Made by a program: the position numbers and the translations under genes. A DNA stretch of 64,000 nt from Eledone cirrhosa (Eukaryota), in assembly GCA_964016885.1 (NCBI GenBank), contig OZ024749.1, positions 32,922,001 to 32,986,000 on the forward strand, read 5' to 3'. Shown here piece after piece: positions 39,000 through 55,610 of the stretch. Under the pieces are notes generated by a model. That model searched no databases, was not told where the DNA came from, and worked only from the letters and a program-made list of their open reading frames with translations. How positions within the stretch are numbered: position 1 is the stretch's first letter; every line of letters begins with the position of its first letter.

Positions 39000-39400
39000 T
39001 CCAACTTGGCTGCGCATGGGATTCCTCCAAAGCGCCTTTCCAGTAACGTTACTTGATAAAGTATGTAACTCGGAAATCAGAGAGTCACTCCAGGTAGAAC
39101 CGCTACTTCTCGGAATTGAGAGATCACAGCTCCGATACTATGAGCATGTGGTTAGAATGTTTCAGGAAAGAATCGTTGGACAAATTTCACGGCCAAAACC
39201 AACCAGCAAGAGACCCAGGGGTATACATACCTCAAGCAAGATGGTTGGATAACATCCATGAGCTTGGCTGGTCACACTTGGGAATCCAGCTGGATCACTT
39301 GGAGATGGTTGCTTCTGACAGGACCTGCTGGAAGGAATGTTTTAGGACTTGGCCCCCACGACCCTCTCAGGAATAAGTGGGCGAAGATGAAGACGACACG
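39000..39400 (+). mobile_element. RTE-like LINE 3' fragment (duplicated at ~48045-48445)
   Basis: IERSQLRYYEHVVRM..RPRG. Homologous to 30200-30590 in the opposite orientation. Confidence 0.75.
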
Positions 39401-39870
39401 ACCAGCACTAACTACTTTACAGGGGTAGAATAACAACAGCAATAACCTCCTCATTGTTAGACCAATATTTGTAGAGACAGAATAACTTAGTAGATAATGT
39501 AAATCCACTCTGATAGGATGAAAGGTAAAGTTGGATTCAGTATGATTTGAACTCAGAATCCAGAGAACTGGAATGAAGGTTGCAAAACATTCTATCCAAC
39601 ACTCTAACAACTCTGCTATTTCTTTACCCCCAACCCTGATCATCTGTATCTAGTGAAAGCAAGGAACTCTTGTTTAATAGAGACAAACTTTTAGCTGTAC
39701 AAACTAGCTATACACTATAGCTACCCACGGGCTGTCTCAACTCAGTATAATATAAACTTATATAGCAGTTTCTTGGGTGTCTTCATCTCCCTCCTTCTCT
39801 TGCTGTCTCTCTCTCTCTCTCTCCCTGCTAGCAAGTATCTACAACTAATCCAGAAAATAGTTTAACTCTG

Positions 39871-39903
<33 letters not shown>

Positions 39904-39996
39904 TTACTAATACTACTACTGCTGCTAACACCACCACCACCACCACCACCACAACTACTGCTACCTCCTGATGATTTGTCAGTATGTGGTGTGTAC

Positions 39997-40470
<474 letters not shown>

Positions 40471-40516
40471 AACGTAAGATGTGGGAAAATAATTCAAACT
40501 CAATTCAAATATATAT

Positions 40517-40556
<40 letters not shown>

Positions 40557-40581
40557 TAGCAACATGACCCTCCCAAAGTAT

Positions 40582-40639
<58 letters not shown>

Positions 40640-40739
40640 TTATATGTATATGTGTATATTTATATGTATATGTATATATGTATATATATATATATATATA
40701 CATATATGTATATATATATACATATATATATATGTATAT

Positions 40740-40778
<39 letters not shown>

Positions 40779-41522
40779 TGTATATATATATACATATATA
40801 TATATGTATATTTATATGTATATATATATATGTATATATATATATGTATATATATATATGTATATATATATATATGTATATATGTGTATATATATATGTA
40901 TATATATGTATATGTATATATATGTATATATATATATATGTATATATGTGTATATATATATGTATATATGTGTATATATATATATATGTATATATATGTA
41001 TATATATAAATGTATATATATGTGTATATGTATATATATATATATGTATATGTATATATGTAAATGTATATGTATATATATATATATGTATGTATGTATA
41101 TATATATATGTATGTATATATATGTATATATATATTCCTGGCTGACAGACAGGTCTAGTCTGGCCTATTTACAAGCCCCCACCCTCCCACTACCCTGTCT
41201 TTCCCCATCCTCCCTCCCTCCCTTCCTTGTTATTGTATATTACTAGCTAATATAACCTCCTTTACAGTCTACAGAGGAAAGTGTGGAAACTGGCCTGTCT
41301 GAATGGGCCTACTTTGACTGTGTTTCTAAGAAAGAAGAAAATGAAACTGGGAAAGGGTTCTTTAAATGTCTTTGGTATTCTGGGACTGTGTGTAGGTTTT
41401 TTTTATCCCACCCAACCCACCCTTCCCCGAATTCTATGATTTTCAAATAATTTTGAAAAATAATTAAGAATTTGAAGATATTTAGTAAAATAGTTAACTG
41501 ACATTATTAAGCTAATGTTTTT

Positions 41523-43915
41523 GTAGTAGTAGTGGGGTGTATCTCTGTCCCAGACCTCTAACATTCTGTGGTATAGGTAGTAGTAGTGGGGTGTATCTCT
41601 GTCTCAGACCTCAAACATTCAGTGGTATAGGTAGTAGTAGCGGGGTGTATCTCTGTCCTAGACCTCAAACATTCAGTGGTATAGGTAGTAGTAGTGGGGT
41701 GTATCTCTGTCTCAGACCTCAAACATTCAGTGGTATAGGTAGTAGTAGTGGGGTGTATCTCTGTCTCAGACCTCAAACATTCAGTGGTATAGGTAGTAGT
41801 AGCGGGGTGTATCTCTGTCCTAGACCTCAAACATTCAGTGGTATAGGTAGTAGTAGTGAGGTGTATCTCTGTCCCAGACCTCTAACATTCTGTGGTATAG
41901 GTAGTAGTAGTGAGGTGTATCTCTGTCCCAGACCTCTAACATTCTGTGGTATAGGTAGTAGTAGTGGGGTGTATCTCTGTCCCAGACCTCAAACATTCTG
42001 TGGTATAGGTAGTAGTAGCGGGGTGTATCTCTGTCCCAGACCTCTAACATTCTGTGGTATAGGTAGTAGTAGTGGGGTGTATCTCTGTCCCAGACCTCTA
42101 ACATTCTGTGGTATAGGTAGTAGTAGTGGGGTGTATCTCTGTCCCAGACCTCTAACATTCTGTGGTATAGGTAGTAGTAGTGAGGTGTATCTCTGTCTCA
42201 GACCTCAAACATTCAGTGGTATAGGTAGTAGTAGTGGGGTGTATCTCTGTCCCAGACCTCTAACATTCAGTGGTATAGGTAGTAGTAATGGGGTGTATCT
42301 CTGTCCCAGACCTCTAACATTCTGTGGTATAGGTAGTAGTAGTGGGGTGTATCTCTGTCCCAGACCTCTAACATTCTGTGGTATAGGTAGTAGTAGTGAG
42401 GTGTATCTCTGTCTCAGACCTCAAACATTCAGTGGTATAGGTAGTAGTAGTGAGGTGTATCTCTGTCCCAGACCTCTAACATTCAGTGGTATAGGTAGTA
42501 GTAGTGAGGTGTATCTCTGTCTCAGACCTCAAACATTCTGTGGTATAGGTAGTAGTAGTGAGGTGTATCTCTGTCTCAGACCTCAAACATTCAGTGGTAT
42601 AGGTAGTAGTAGTGGGGTGTATCTCTGTCCCAGACCTCAAACATTCTGTGGTATAGGTAGTAGTAGTGGGGTGTATCTCTGTCCCAGACCTCAAACATTC
42701 TGTGGTATAGGTAGTAGTAGTGGGGTGTATCTCTGTCCCAGACCTCAAACATTCTGTGGTATAGGTAGTAGTAGTGGGGTGTATCTCTGTCCCAGACCTC
42801 AAACATTCAGTGGTATAGGTAGTAGTAGTGGGGTGTATCTCTGTCCCAGACCTCAAACATTCTGTGGTATAGGTAGTAGTAGTGGGGTGTATCTCTGTCC
42901 CAGACCTCAAACATTCTGTGGTATAGGTAGTAGTAGTGGGGTGTATCTCTGTCCCAGACCTCAAACATTCAGTGGTATATGTAGTAGTAGTGGGGTGTAT
43001 CTCTGTCCCAGACCTCAAACATTCAGTGGTATAGGTAGTAGTAGTGGGGTGTATCTCTGTCCCAGACCTCTAATATTCTGTGGTATAGGTAGTAGTAGTG
43101 AGGTGTATCTCTGTCTCAGACCTCAAACACCCAGTGGTATAGGTAGTAGTAGTGAGGTGTATCTCTGTCCCAGACCTCAAACATTCAGTGGTATAGGTAG
43201 TAGTAGTGGGGTGTATCTCTGTCCCAGACCTCTAATATTCTGTGGTATAGGTAGTAGTAGTGGGGTGTATCTCTGTCCCAGACCTCTAACATTCTGTGGT
43301 ATAGGTAGTAGTAGTGGGGTGTATCTCTGTCCTAGACCTCTAACATTCTGTGGTATAGGTAGTAGTAGTGGGGTGTATCTCTGTCTCAGACCTCAAACAT
43401 TCTGTGGTATAGGTAGTAGTAGTGGGGTGTATCTCTGTCTCAGACCTCAAACACCCAGTGGTATAGGTAGTAGTAGTGAGGTGTATCTCTGTCCCAGACC
43501 TCAAACATTCAGTGGTATAGGTAGTAGTAGTGGGGTGTATCTCTGTCCCAGACCTCTAATATTCTGTGGTATAGGTAGTAGTAGTGGGGTGTATCTCTGT
43601 CCCAGACCTCTAACATTCTGTGGTATAGGTAGTAGTAGTGGGGTGTATCTCTGTCCTAGACCTCTAACATTCTGTGGTATAGGTAGTAGTAGTGGGGTGT
43701 ATCTCTGTCTCAGACCTCAAACACCCAGTGGTATAGGTAGTAGTAGTGAGGTGTATCTCTGTCCCAGACCTCAAACATTCAGTGGTATAGGTAGTAGTAG
43801 TGGGGTGTATCTCTGTCCCAGACCTCTAACATTCTGTGGTATAGGTAGTAGTAGTGGGGTGTATCTCTGTCCTAGACCTCTAACATTCTGTGGTATAGGT
43901 AGTAGTAGTGAGGTG
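41523..43915. repeat. 54-bp minisatellite, ~44 copies (duplication copy A)
   Basis: Unit GGTATAGGTAGTAGTAGTGGGGTGTATCTCTGTCCCAGACCTCTAACATTCTGT. Confidence 0.97.
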
Positions 43916-45482
43916 TGTTGGAAGATGTCAACTTTACCTTTCATCCTTCCATCTGAATTTGGTAAAACTTTATACAAGAAACAATCATCATCATCATCAT
44001 CACACGTCCGTTCTTCCATGCTAGCATGGGTTAGACGGTTACGTCCGCTTTTTCCCTGCTTGCAAGGGTGGGACGGGAACTGATTCTGGCTTGATTTCTA
44101 CAGCTGGATACCCTTCCTAACACCAACCTCATTTACAGTGAGTGCTGGGTGCTTTTATGCCGTGGCACCTCTACGACCACTTTGCAGTGGAATGATAGGG
44201 ACCCCAGTCCTATCATCTCATTTCTACAGCTGAGTAAACTGGAGCAATGTGAAATAAAGTGTCTTGCTCAAGGACACAACACATCACCCGGTCTGAGAAT
44301 TGAACTCACAACCTTTCGATTGCAAGACCAATGCTCTAACCACTAAGCTATGTGCCTCCATATCAATACACAGATACATAGAGGGAATGTGACACAAACA
44401 TATATATGTACACATACGTGCACACACACACACACACATTGATACAGACTGGAGCATGCATCCAGAAACTATGCTGTGACACAGACACATACAAATCCAG
44501 ATACACACACACAAACCCAGACAAACACACAAACACACAAACACACACACACCCAGACAAACACACACACACACACAAACTCAGACAAACACACACAAAC
44601 CCATACAAACACACACACACAAACCCAGATAAACACACACATACAAATCCAGACAAACACACTCATACACACATTTAATCAGTTTGTGTTTGTTAGTTGT
44701 CCTATCAGTTCAATCAGCCTAACTATTATATATACCTAATTATTTAAAACATCATAATTAACACAGTAACTAATTAATTCAGTATATGAAAGCAATTAGT
44801 GATTTTGTCAAATATTGGTCTTATAACTATGTGTGTTTGTTAGGCAATGAAGGTCACCAGTTTTATTTCTTTTTCACATGTCATAACCCTTTCCATAGTG
44901 AGAGATGAGGAGAGTGGGAGAAACGGGGGTAGTGACAGTGGCAGTTTGGTTCTTTTGTGTTCTAGACCTGGTGTATATATGTGTATATACACTCCACCAC
45001 TCACCCCCTACTCCATCCTTCCACCTCCGTCCACTGTAAAGTGTGGTAAAAAAGCACCCAGTTCACACTGTAAAGTGGTTGTGTAGGTAAAAAAAAAAGT
45101 GGGAAGTCCACACTGCAAATATGGTTGGTGTTAGGAAGGGCATCCAGCCATAGGAAACATGCCAGAAACAGATCTGTACGAGTGAGACACGGTCTCCCGA
45201 CCAATCTTGCCTCAAGTGGGACAAAACTGTCCAACCCATGCTAGCGTGGAAGACGGACTTTTAAGATATGTTCCAAACACCAGATAAATAAGAAGAAAGT
45301 TAGTTATACTACTCTCTCCCTTCCAAATTCTTAATTGTTTCAAAAATTATTTTAAAATCTTTTATTAAAAATATGGTGGTAATAACAGGGTGAACAGAGG
45401 AATCACTGACCAACAGCATCATTGTTGTCATTTTTATGTCTACTTTGCCTTATTGGCATGGAATGGGAAAGGTATTTTTTTT

Positions 45483-45697
45483 TTAACTCTTTAGCATTTA
45501 CATTATTCTATATATACTATTATATTTTCATAGTAAAGGCTTTACCTCACATAATATCGAATCTATGAGATTCTGAAAGTATTTATTTTGAGAACAATAC
45601 CTTAACATCAGTATGAATGGCCAGTTACAGCCAGTTTCAACAGAAAGAGGTAGAGAATTCTGGCCGGTTTTGGCCGGTTTGATCATTAAAGGGTTAA
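45483..45697 (+). mobile_element. piggyBac-type MITE family A copy (duplicated at 54791-55005)
   Basis: TTAA-flanked, part of the 9-kb duplication. Confidence 0.8.
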
Positions 45698-45821
45698 TGC
45701 AGAATTCTACAACCAGATACCCTTACCGCTTCTTTCTGTCCTTAAGGATATTTACCCTATTTACTAAACCTATTTTCATTTATACCGATTTTGTGTTTGA
45801 ATTCCAATGTTTATGTATGTA

Positions 45822-45896
<75 letters not shown>

Positions 45897-46709
45897 TTAT
45901 TGTTCATTTTTTGGGATATTTCTTTGATTATATTTTATTTTTGTTGCCCTCTCAAAAAATCTGAAATGAAGAAGTAGGGAGGGGGTTCTTTTTTGTTTCT
46001 TTTTTGATAGGTAAAATTGTTGTTACAGCTCACACCTAAGTTTGTAGCTTTAGCTGGCCTCGTAAGGGGTTTCTCAGCTGCTTCAATGATAGGTACCGCT
46101 GCAGTGTTGTTATTACAGCTCACTCACACCTATGTATGTATGTAAGTTTAGCTGGCCTCCAATGGGGTTTCTCGAGTATTTTCATGGGGGCCTCATTGTT
46201 ATTACAGCTCACACCTATGTAGGTTTAACTGCCCTTACAGCTCACATCTATGTAGGTTTAGCTGGCCCCCTATGGCGGTTTCTCGGGTGTTTTCATGATA
46301 AGGGCCTCAGCATTATTACAGCTCCCATCTATGTAGGTGTAGCTGGCCTCCTATGGGGGTTTCTCAGGTGTTTTCATGATAAGGGCCTCAGCATTATTAC
46401 AGCACACACTTATGTAGGTTAAACTAGCCTTCTATGGTGTTTCAATGATAGGGACCATCCAATACTATCACAATAAAACTGTGTATAAAGTGGATAGCAA
46501 CAAACCTTTTTAGTAATGTTGTATTTATATCTGTATACTCGTAGTTAGTAGCCTGTTTATATAAATATATATATATGTGTGTGTGTGGGGGATGTACTGG
46601 TGCACTGGTGCCTATTCAGAGAATAAAGTTTATACTCTACCTGCAAGTATTGAGTGTTAATTCCGTTAATGCTTGAATGTTTCAAGTGTTGTATTTTAAA
46701 CACCCATTC

Positions 46710-46769
<60 letters not shown>

Positions 46770-49047
46770 CATACACAAACTTCACACACACAATAGTGTT
46801 ACAGGTAACACAAGATCTCCATTATGTGACATGTTGGAGATACCTTTTCCCTGTGATATATATGTATCTACACTGTAAATGTGGTTGGTGTTAGGAAGGG
46901 CATCCAGCTGTAGAAAACCCGCCAGACAGTCCTATGCGAGCAAGACAACCACTCTTGCCTCAAGTGGGAAAACTCCCATCCAAACCCATGCAAGCGTGGA
47001 ACATGGACGTTAAACGATGATGATGATGATATATATATATATATATATATGGTTATGAGTGTGCATGGCTTAGTGATTAGGGTATTCAGCTCATGATCGT
47101 AAGGTTGTAAGTTCGATTCCTCATAGTGCATTGTGTCCTTGAGCAACACACTTTATTTCACATTGCTCCAGTCCACTTGGCTAACAAAAATGAATTATAC
47201 TTGGAATTCGAAGGGCTAGCCTTCGAATTACATGTCATGCTGAATCTTTCTTAGAACTATGTTAACGGTACGCATGTCTGTGGAATGCTCAGCCACTTGC
47301 ACGTTAAGTTCTGTAGATCGTATCAACTGCAACACTCTTCGTAACTGATGAAGTGCCCAAAGAAAAGATATATATATGTATATAATATATATATATATAT
47401 ATGTTATATGCATATAACTGCATTTTTGCATTCCTGTGTTTGTTTTGTTTCTTTATTAACTATATGTATACATTAGTTTTCCAAACTGTGCTGTATAGCA
47501 ATGACCTAATTCTCCACCCTAGTAACAATGACCTAATTCCCCACCCTAATAACAATAACCTAATTCTCCACCCTAATAACAATAACCTAATTTACCTTTT
47601 CTATCATCATCATCATCGTCATCATCATCTTTGATTTTAAAAAAAAATTCCTTTCCCTCCCACTGTCATTAGTGACTCTTGCATTTCCCCATAAATCAAT
47701 CCCTGTGTCAGGTATGTGTGGTGGTGTTGGTGTTGGTGGTGGTGGCAGTGTTGGTAGTTGTGGTGGTGGAATTTAACCCTTTTAGCAACTCGATAATCAA
47801 CAAAAATCACTTGTTATATCACTGCCCAAGATTGCTTCAAGTTTCATGATATATCATAAATTTTCAAATGCTTGTCCCTCATCACTGTTTAACATCAATT
47901 TTCCATACCTGCATTGGTTAAATGGTTGTAATATGAGGCTACACAGGTCAGGGGATCACTTTGCATTTCTATGGCTGGATGCAGTGTACTGGGAACATTT
48001 TTCATGCCACCAGCACCAACCATCCGCCAGTCGTGATACCACCTCCAACTTGGCTGCGCATGGGATTCCTCCAAAGCGCCTTTCCAGTAACGTTACTTGA
48101 TAAAGTATGTAACTCGGAAATCAGAGAGTCACTCCAGGTAGAACCGCTACTTCTCGGAATTGAGAGATCACAGCTCCGATACTATGAGCATGTGGTTAGA
48201 ATGTTTCAGGAAAGAATCGTTGGACAAATTTCACGGCCAAAACCAACCAGCAAGAGACCCAGGGGTATACATACCTCAAGCAAGATGGTTGGATAACATC
48301 CATGAGCTTGGCTGGTCACACTTGGGAATCCAGCTGGATCACTTGGAGATGGTTGCTTCTGACAGGACCTGCTGGAAGGAATGTTTTAGGACTTGGCCCC
48401 CACGACCCTCCTTCTCAGGAATAAGTGGGCGAAGATGAAGACGACGACCAGCACTAACTACTTTACAGGGGTAGAATAACAACAGCAATAACCTCCTCAT
48501 TGTTAGACCAATATTTGTAGAGACAGAATAACTTAGTAGATAATGTAAATCCACTCTGATAGGATGAAAGGTAAAGTTGGATTCAGTATGATTTGAACTC
48601 AGAATCCAGAGAACTGGAATGAAGGTTGCAAAACATTCTATCCAACACTCTAACAACTCTGCTATTTCTTTACCCCCAACCCTGATCATCTGTATCTAGT
48701 GAAAGCAAGGAACTCTTGTTTAATAGAGACAAACTTTTAGCTGTACAAACTAGCTATACACTATAGCTACCCACGGGCTGTCTCAACTCAGTATAATATA
48801 AACTTATATAGCAGTTTCTTGGGTGTCTTCATCTCCCTCCTTCTCTTGCTGTCTCTCTCTCTCTCTCTCTCCCTGCTAGCAAGTATCTACAACTAATCCA
48901 GAAAATAGTTTAACTCTGCTGCTACTACTACTACTACTACTACTACTACTATTACTAATACTACTACTGCTGCTAACACCACCACCACCACCACCACCAC
49001 CACAACTACTGCTACCTCCTGATGATTTGTCAGTATGTGGTGTGTAC

Positions 49048-49164
<117 letters not shown>

Positions 49165-49256
49165 TATATACTATTTTTCCATTTTGACGCTATAGTCACT
49201 TATATATTATGGAATACTGTTGGCTTCTTGCTACAATAATTTCTATACTTTTTATT

Positions 49257-49328
<72 letters not shown>

Positions 49329-49457
49329 ATAATATAGAAATTATTGTAGCAAGAAGCCAACAGTATTACATAATATATAAGTGACTATAGCGTCAAAATG
49401 GAAAAATAGTTAACGTAAGATGTGGGAAAATAATTCAAACTCAATTCAAATATATAT

Positions 49458-49491
<34 letters not shown>

Positions 49492-49518
49492 ATTAGCAAC
49501 ATGACCCTCCCAAAGTAT

Positions 49519-49588
<70 letters not shown>

Positions 49589-49700
49589 GTATATATATAT
49601 ATATGTATATTTATATGTATATGTATATATGTGTATATATATATGTATATATATATATATACATATATGTATATATATATACATATATATATATGTATAT

Positions 49701-49739
<39 letters not shown>

Positions 49740-50565
49740 TGTATATATATATACATATATATATATGTATATTTATATGTATATATATATATGTATATAT
49801 ATATGTATATATGTGTATATATATATGTATATATGTGTATATATATATGTATATATGTGTATATATATATGTATATATATGTATATATATATGTATGTAT
49901 ATATATATGTATATATATATATATATGTATATATGTGTATATATATATGTATATATATGTATATATATATATATATATGTATATATATGTATATATATAA
50001 ATGTATATATATGTGTATATGTATATATATATATATATATGTATATGTATATATGTAAATGTATATGTATATATATATATATGTATGTATATATATATAT
50101 ATGTATGTATATATATGTATATATATATATATGTATGTATATATATATATATGTATGTATATATATGTATATATATATTCCTGGCTGACAGACAGGTCTA
50201 GTCTGGCCTATTTACAAGCCCCCACCCTCCCACTACCCTGTCTTTCCCCATCCTCCCTCCCTCCCTTCCTTGTTATTGTATATTACTAGCTAATATAACC
50301 TCCTTTACAGTCTACAGAGGAAAGTGTGGAAACTGGCCTGTCTGAATGGGCCTACTTTGACTGTGTTTCTAAGAAAGAAGAAAATGAAACTGGGAAAGGG
50401 TTCTTTAAATGTCTTTGGTATTCTGGGACTGTGTGTAGGTTTTTTTTATCCCACCCAACCCACCCTTCCCCGAATTCTATGATTTTCAAATAATTTTGAA
50501 AAATAATTAAGAATTTGAAGATATTTAGTAAAATAGTTAACTGACATTATTAAGCTAATGTTTTT

Positions 50566-53228
50566 GTAGTAGTAGTGGGGTGTATCTCTGTCCCAGACCT
50601 CTAACATTCAGTGGTATAGGTAGTAGTAGTGGGGTGTATCTCTGTCCCAGACCTCTAACATTCTGTGGTATAGGTAGTAGTAGTGGGGTGTATCTCTGTC
50701 CCAGACCTCTAATATTCTGTGGTATAGGTAGTAGTAGTGGGGTGTATCTCTGTCCCAGACCTCTAACATTCAGTGGTATAGGTAGTAGTAGTGAGGTGTA
50801 TCTCTGTCCCAGACCTCTAACATTCAGTGGTATAGGTAGTAGTAGTGGGGTGTATCTCTGTCCCAGACCTCTAATATTCTGTGGTATAGGTAGTAGTAGT
50901 GAGGTGTATCTCTGTCCCAGACCTCAAACACCCAGTAGTATAGGTAGTAGTAGCGGGGTGTATCTCTGTCTCAGACCTCAAACATTCAGTGGTATAGGTA
51001 GTAGTAGTGGGGTGTATCTCTGTCCCAGACCTCAAACATTCTGTGGTATAGGTAGTAGTAGTGGGGTGTATCTCTGTCCTAGACCTCTAACATTCTGTGG
51101 TATAGGTAGTAGTAGTGAGGTGTATCTCTGTCCCGGACCTCTAACATTCTGTGGTATAGGTAGTAGTAGTGGGGTGTATCTCTGTCCTAGACCTCTAACA
51201 TTCTGTGGTATAGGTAGTAGTAGTGGGGTGTATCTCTGTCCTAGACCTCTAACATTCAGTGGTATAGGTAGTAGTAGTGGGGTGTATCTCTGTCCCAGAC
51301 CTCTAACATTCAGTGGTATAGGTAGTAGTAGTGAGGTGTATCTCTGTCCCAGACCTCTAACATTCAGTGGTATAGGTAGTAGTAGTGGGGTGTATCTCTG
51401 TCCTAGACCTCTAACATTCAGTGGTATAGGTAGTAGTAGTGAGGTGTATCTCTGTCCCAGACCTCTAACATTCAGTGGTATAGGTAGTAGTAGTGAGGTG
51501 TATCTCTGTCCCAGACCTCTAACATTCAGTGGTATAGGTAGTAGTAGTGAGGTGTATCTCTGTCTCAGACCTCTAACATTCAGTGGTATAGGTAGTAGTA
51601 GTGAGGTGTATCGCTGTCCTAGACCTCTAACATTCTGTGGTATAGGTAGTAGTAGTGGGGTGTATCTCTGTCCCAGACCTCAAACATTCAGTGGTATGGG
51701 TAGTAGTAGTGAGGTGTATCTCTGTCCCAGACCTCTAACATTCAGTGGTATAGGTAGTAGTAGTGAGGTGTATCTCTGTCCCAGACCTCAAACATTCAGT
51801 GGTATAGGTAGTAGTAGTGAGGTGTATCTCTGTCCCAGACCTCTAACATTCAGTGGTATAGGTAGTAGTAGTGGGGTGTATCTCTGTCCCAGACCTCAAA
51901 CATTCTGTGGTATAGGTAGTAGTAGTGAGGTGTATCTCTGTCCCAGACCTCTAACATTCTGTGGTATAGGTAGTAGTAGTGAGGTGTATCTCTGTCCCAG
52001 ACCTCTAATATTCTGTGGTATAGGTAGTAGTAGTGGGGTGTATCTCTGTCCCAGACCTCTAATATTCTGTGGTATAGGTAGTAGTAGTGGGGTGTATCTC
52101 TGTCCCAGACCTCAAACATTCTGTGGTATAGGTAGTAGTAGTGAGGTGTATCTCTGTCCCAGACCTCTAACATTCTGTGGTATAGGTAGTAGTAGTGAGG
52201 TGTATCTCTGTCCCAGACCTCTAATATTCTGTGGTATAGGTAGTAGTAGTGGGGTGTATCTCTGTCCCAGACCTCTAATATTCTGTGGTATAGGTAGTAG
52301 TAGTGGGGTGTATCTCTGTCCCAGACCTCTAATATTCTGTGGTATAGGTAGTAGTAGTGGGGTGTATCTCTGTCCCAGACCTCAAACATTCAGTGGTATA
52401 GGTAGTAGTAGTGAGGTGTATCTCTGTCCCAGACCTCTAACATTCTGTGGTATAGGTAGTAGTAGTGAGGTGTATCTCTGTCCCAGACCTCTAACATTCT
52501 GTGGTATAGGTAGTAGTAGTGAGGTGTATCTCTGTCCCAGACCTCTAACATTCAGTGGTATAGGTAGTAGTAGTGAGGTGTATCTCTGTCCCAGACCTCT
52601 AACATTCTGTGGTATAGGTAGTAGTAGTGGGGTGTATCTCTGTCCCAGACCTCAAACATTCAGTGGTATAGGTAGTAGTAGTGAGGTGTATCTCTGTCCC
52701 AGACCTCTAACATTCAGTGGTATAGGTAGTAGTAGTGAGGTGTATCTCTGTCCCAGACCTCTAACATTCAGTGGTATAGGTAGTAGTAGTGAGGTGTATC
52801 TCTGTCTCAGACCTCTAATATTCTGTGGTATAGGTAGTAGTAGTGGGGTGTATCTCTGTCCCAGACCTCTAACATTCAGTGGTATAGGTAGTAGTAGTGG
52901 GGTGTATCTCTGTCCCAGACCTCTAATATTCTGTGGTATGGGTAGTAGTAGCGGGGTGTATCTCTGTCCCAGACCTCTAACATTCAGTGGTATAGGTAGT
53001 AGTAGTGAGGTGTATCTCTGTCCCAGACCTCTAACATTCTGTGGTATAGGTAGTAGTAGTGGGGTGTATCTCTGTCCCAGACCTCTAACATTCTGTGGTA
53101 TAGGTAGTAGTAATGCGGTGTATCTCTGTCCCAGACCTCAAACATTCAGTGGTATAGGTAGTAGTAGTGGGGTGTATCTCTGTCCCAGACCTCTAACATT
53201 CTGTGGTATAGGTAGTAGTAGTGAGGTG
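50566..53228. repeat. 54-bp minisatellite, ~49 copies (duplication copy B)
   Basis: Same unit, different variant order. Confidence 0.97.
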
Positions 53229-55129
53229 TGTTGGAAGATGTCAACTTTACCTTTCATCCTTCCATCTGAATTTGGTAAAACTTTATACAAGAAACAATCA
53301 TCATCATCATCATCACACGTCCGTTCTTCCATGCTAGCATGGGTTAGACGGTTACGTCCGCTTTTTCCCTGCTTGCAAGGGTGGGACGGGAACTGATTCT
53401 GGCTTGATTTCTACAGCTGGATACCCTTCCTAACACCAACCTCATTTACAGTGAGTGCTGGGTGCTTTTATGCCGTGGCACCTCTACGACCACTTTGCAG
53501 TGGAATATGGACCCCAGTCCTATCATCTCATTTCTACAGCTGAGTAAACTGGAGCAATGTGAAATAAAGTGTCTTGCTCAAGGAAACAACACATCACCCG
53601 GTCTGAGAATTGAACTCACAACCTTTCGATTGCAAGACCAATGCTCTAACTACTAAGCTATGTGCCTCCATATCAATACACAGATACATAGAGGGAATGT
53701 GACACAAACATATATATGTACACATACGTGCACACACACACATTGATACAGACTGGAGCATGCATCCAGAAACTATGCTGTGACACAGACACATACAAAT
53801 CCAGATACACACACACAAACCCAGACAAACACACAAACACACAAACACACACACACCCAGACAAACACACACACACACACACACAAACTCAGACAAACAC
53901 ACACAAACCCATACAAACACACACACACAAACCCAGATAAACACACACATACAAATCCAGACAAACACACACATACACACATTTAATCAGTTTGTGTTTG
54001 TTAGTTGTCCTATCAGTTCAATCAGCCTAACTATTATATATACCTAATTATTTAAAACATCATAATTAACACAGTAACTAATTAATTCAGTATATGAAAG
54101 CAATTAGTGATTTTGTCAAATATTGGTCTTATAACTATGTGTGTTTGTTAGGCAATGAAGGTCACCAGTTTTATTTCTTTTTCACATGTCATAACCCTTT
54201 CCATAGTGAGAGATGAGGAGAGTGGGAGAAACGGGGGTAGTGACAGTGGCAGTTTGGTTCTTTTGTGTTCTAGACCTGGTGTATATATGTGTATATACAC
54301 TCCACCACTCACCCCCTACTCCATCCTTCCACCTCCGTCCACTGTAAAGTGTGGTCAAAAAGCACCCAGTTCACACTGTAAAGTGGTTGTGTAGGTAAAA
54401 AAAAAAGTGGGAAGTCCACACTGCAAATATGGTTGGTGTTAGGAAGGGCATCCAGCCATAGGAAACATGCCAGAAACAGTTCTGTACGAGTGAGACACGG
54501 TCTCCCGACCAATCTTGCCTCAAGTGGGACAAAACTGTCCAACCCATGCTAGCGTGGAAGACGGACTTTTAAGATATGTTCCAAACACCAGATAAATAAG
54601 AAGAAAGTTAGTTATACTACTCTCTCCCTTCCAAATTCTTAATTGTTTCAAAAATTATTTTAAAATCTTTTATTAAAAATATGGTGGTAATAACAGGGTG
54701 AACAGAGGAATCACTGACCAACAGCATCATTGTTGTCATTTTTATGTCTACTTTGCCTTATTGGCATGGAATGGGAAAGGTATTTTTTTTTTAACCCTTT
54801 AGCATTTACATTATTCTATATATACTATTATATTTTCATAGTAAAGGCTTTACCTCACATAATATCGAATCTATGAGATTCTGAAAGTATTTATTTTGAG
54901 AACAATACCTTAACATCAGTATGAATGGCCAGTTACAGCCAGTTTCAACAGAAAGAGGTAGAGAATTCTGGCCGGTTTTGGCCGGTTTGATCATTAAAGG
55001 GTTAATGCAGAATTCTACAACCAGATACCCTTACCGCTTCTTTCTGTCCTTAAGGATATTTACCCTATTTACTAAACCTATTTTCATTTATACCGATTTT
55101 GTGTTTGAATTCCAATGTTTATGTATGTA

Positions 55130-55191
<62 letters not shown>

Positions 55192-55563
55192 TGTTGTGAC
55201 AAAAAAGCACCCAGCCCACACTGTAAAGTGGTCGTGTAGGTGTCATGACAAAAAGCACTCAGCACACACTGTAAATGTGGTTGGTGTTAGGAATGGCATG
55301 GAAAATGTATGTTAAACGATGATGATATATATCACAAGCATACACACACATGCACATATACACATTAATATAAGCTTCTGTACATTTTCCTGTCTACCAA
55401 TTTTGATTTGAAGCTTAACTTTAAATACTAATTAAAACTTAGTATTGTGTTTAAGCAGGCACTAGTGTGTATGTGAGGGCATAATTTCAAGATATATTTT
55501 ATACGACATAATATTTGATTAATTTTAGCCACTTAAAGTCATTTGAAAAGCTGTCAAATACCA

Positions 55564-55610
<47 letters not shown>

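Noticed and set aside
41268-41390. Cryptic exon STEESVETGLSEWAYFDCVSKKEENETGK (dup ~50311)
   Set aside because: Plausible acceptor and open frame, but no convincing in-phase donor, and RSF1 motifs join well without it.
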